Source: the human T2T-CHM13v2.0 reference genome, Homo sapiens
Assembly (NCBI RefSeq): GCF_009914755.1
Contig: NC_060937.1
DNA: 64,000 nucleotides
Reading direction: 5' to 3' (one strand)
Part shown: positions 62,801-64,000 of the stretch, in pieces
Position numbering within the stretch: the first letter of the stretch is position 1
Layout of the letters: each line of letters starts with the position of its first letter
Notes under the pieces: model-generated
What the model saw: only the letters and a program-made list of their open reading frames with translations
The model's database searches: none
Told to the model about the DNA's origin: nothing
Translations under genes and position numbers: made by a program

Positions 62801-64000
62801 ACTCAATCTACATATTATATACAGTATATAAAATATCAAAGTACACAAACTGTATATTATATACTGTACATAATATGTCAAAGTAGCCAGAATATATAGC
62901 ATACTGTACATACAATATCAAAGTACCCAAAATATATATTGTATACTGTACATAAAATATGAAGGTACATCAAAGATATATTATATTCTGTACATAAAAT
63001 ATCAAAGTACACCAAATATATATTATATGCTGTACATAATATATTAAAGTTGCCCATGTATACATTTTATACTGTACATAAAATATGAAGGTACATCAAA
63101 TATATAGTATATGCTGCACATAAAATATCAAAGTACCCAAAGTATGTATTATATACTGTACATAAAATATCAAAGTACCAAAAGTATATATTACCTACTG
63201 TAAATAAAATGTGAAGATACCTCAAATATATATTATATTCTGTACATGAAATATCAAAGTACACCAAGTATATACTATATACTCTACATAAAATATTAAA
63301 TTACCCAAAATATATATTGTATTGTGTACATAAAATATGAAAATAACCAAACATTTATAATAAACTGTACATAAAATATCAAAGTACTCAAACTTTATAT
63401 TATATACTGTACATAAAGTATCAAAGTACCCAAACTGTGTAGTATATACTGTACATAAAATATCAAGGTACCCAAAATGTATATTGTAAACTGTAGATAA
63501 AATATCAAAGTACCCAAAATATATATTATATACTGTACATAAAATATGAAGGCACATCCAATATATATTATATTCTGTACATAAAATATCAAAGTACACC
63601 AAATGTATATTATATACTGTACATAAAATATAAAACTACCCCAAATATATCTTATATACTCTACATAAAATATCAAAGTACCCAAAATATATATTATATA
63701 CTGTACATAATATATCAAAGTACCCATAGTATGTATTATATCCTGTACATAAAATATGAAAGTACGTCAAATATATATTCTATTCTGCACATAAAATATC
63801 ATATTGCACCAAATATATATTGTATACTGTATATAAAATATGAAGGTACTTCAAATATATATTATATGCTGCACATAAAATATCAAAGTACCCAAAGTAT
63901 GCATTATATACTGTACATAAAATATCAAAGTACCCAAAGTGTATATTATATACTGTACATAAAATATGAAGGTTCATCAAATATATTTTATATTCTGCAC
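26872..64000 (+). repeat. Irregular higher-order domain made of intact and rearranged S/L units
   Basis: Marker spacings from 26872 are 2089, 3023, 3307, 2364, 2843, 3013, 2089, 3307, 2089, 4111, 3307 and 3222 bp. Confidence 0.88.

Larger units (their letters stand above)
1..64000 (+). repeat. HSat1A / human satellite I (SAR) tandem array, ~42-bp monomer, roughly 1,500 monomers, one orientation, open at both window ends
   Basis: The monomer ACATAAAATAT(C/G)AAAGT-ACCCAAAATATATATTATATACTGT recurs on every line (exact consensus at 6604-6645). Two GTAC (RsaI) sites per monomer give the 17-bp and 25-bp subunits that classically define satellite I. The family was assigned from recall of the consensus, not from a database search. 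Confidence 0.95.

Noticed and set aside
137-63980. Hundreds of 60-197 aa ORFs with 14-aa periodic peptides (YFDILCTVYNIYFG, YIKYQSTQNIYYIL, GTLIFYVQYIIYIL)
   Set aside because: 42 is a multiple of 3 and several frames of the monomer lack stop codons, so overlapping ORFs appear on both strands. They have extreme compositional bias, no recognisable domain, and open or close with ordinary satellite SNPs and indels.
1-64000. CRISPR-like alternation of a conserved part and a variable part
   Set aside because: The variable parts are point variants of one 25-bp consensus rather than unique spacers, and there is no leader or cas gene.
1-64000. Transposon insertion, inversion, alpha satellite/CENP-B box, GGAAT satellite or telomeric repeat
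   Set aside because: I saw no non-HSat1A stretch, poly(A) tail or strand switch; every line reads in the same orientation. A very short event could have been missed by eye.
1-64000. AT-rich microbial, organellar or parasite genome, or a novel gene system
   Set aside because: The monomer matches primate satellite I and there is no unique coding sequence to support a protein-based system.

Overview
The whole 64 kb is one uninterrupted, single-orientation, very AT-rich tandem satellite array. Its ~42-bp monomer (ACATAAAATATCAAAGT + ACCCAAAATATATATTATATACTGT; exact copy at 6604-6645) matches human classical satellite I / HSat1A (Repbase SAR), so this is most likely pericentromeric or acrocentric heterochromatin of human or a close ape. 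I cannot assign the chromosome. I see no genes, RNA genes, transposons or CRISPR arrays; the listed ORFs are by-products of a 42-nt (14-codon) period. The real structure is higher-order. A once-per-unit marker (TACGTTACATAAACTATCAAATAC, 21 copies) defines a 72-monomer ~3013-bp unit and a 79-monomer ~3307-bp unit. These alternate as a ~6.32-6.33-kb dimer up to ~26.9 kb, then become irregular through deletions (924 bp x3, 649, 464, 251 bp), insertions (209 bp, 10 bp x5), a 1045-bp gain and long-range copy blocks. The most intriguing functional idea is speculative: the + strand carries a Pumilio response element (TGTACATA) in most monomers, plus periodic AATAAA signals. All counts and offsets were made by eye with the ORF track as landmarks.
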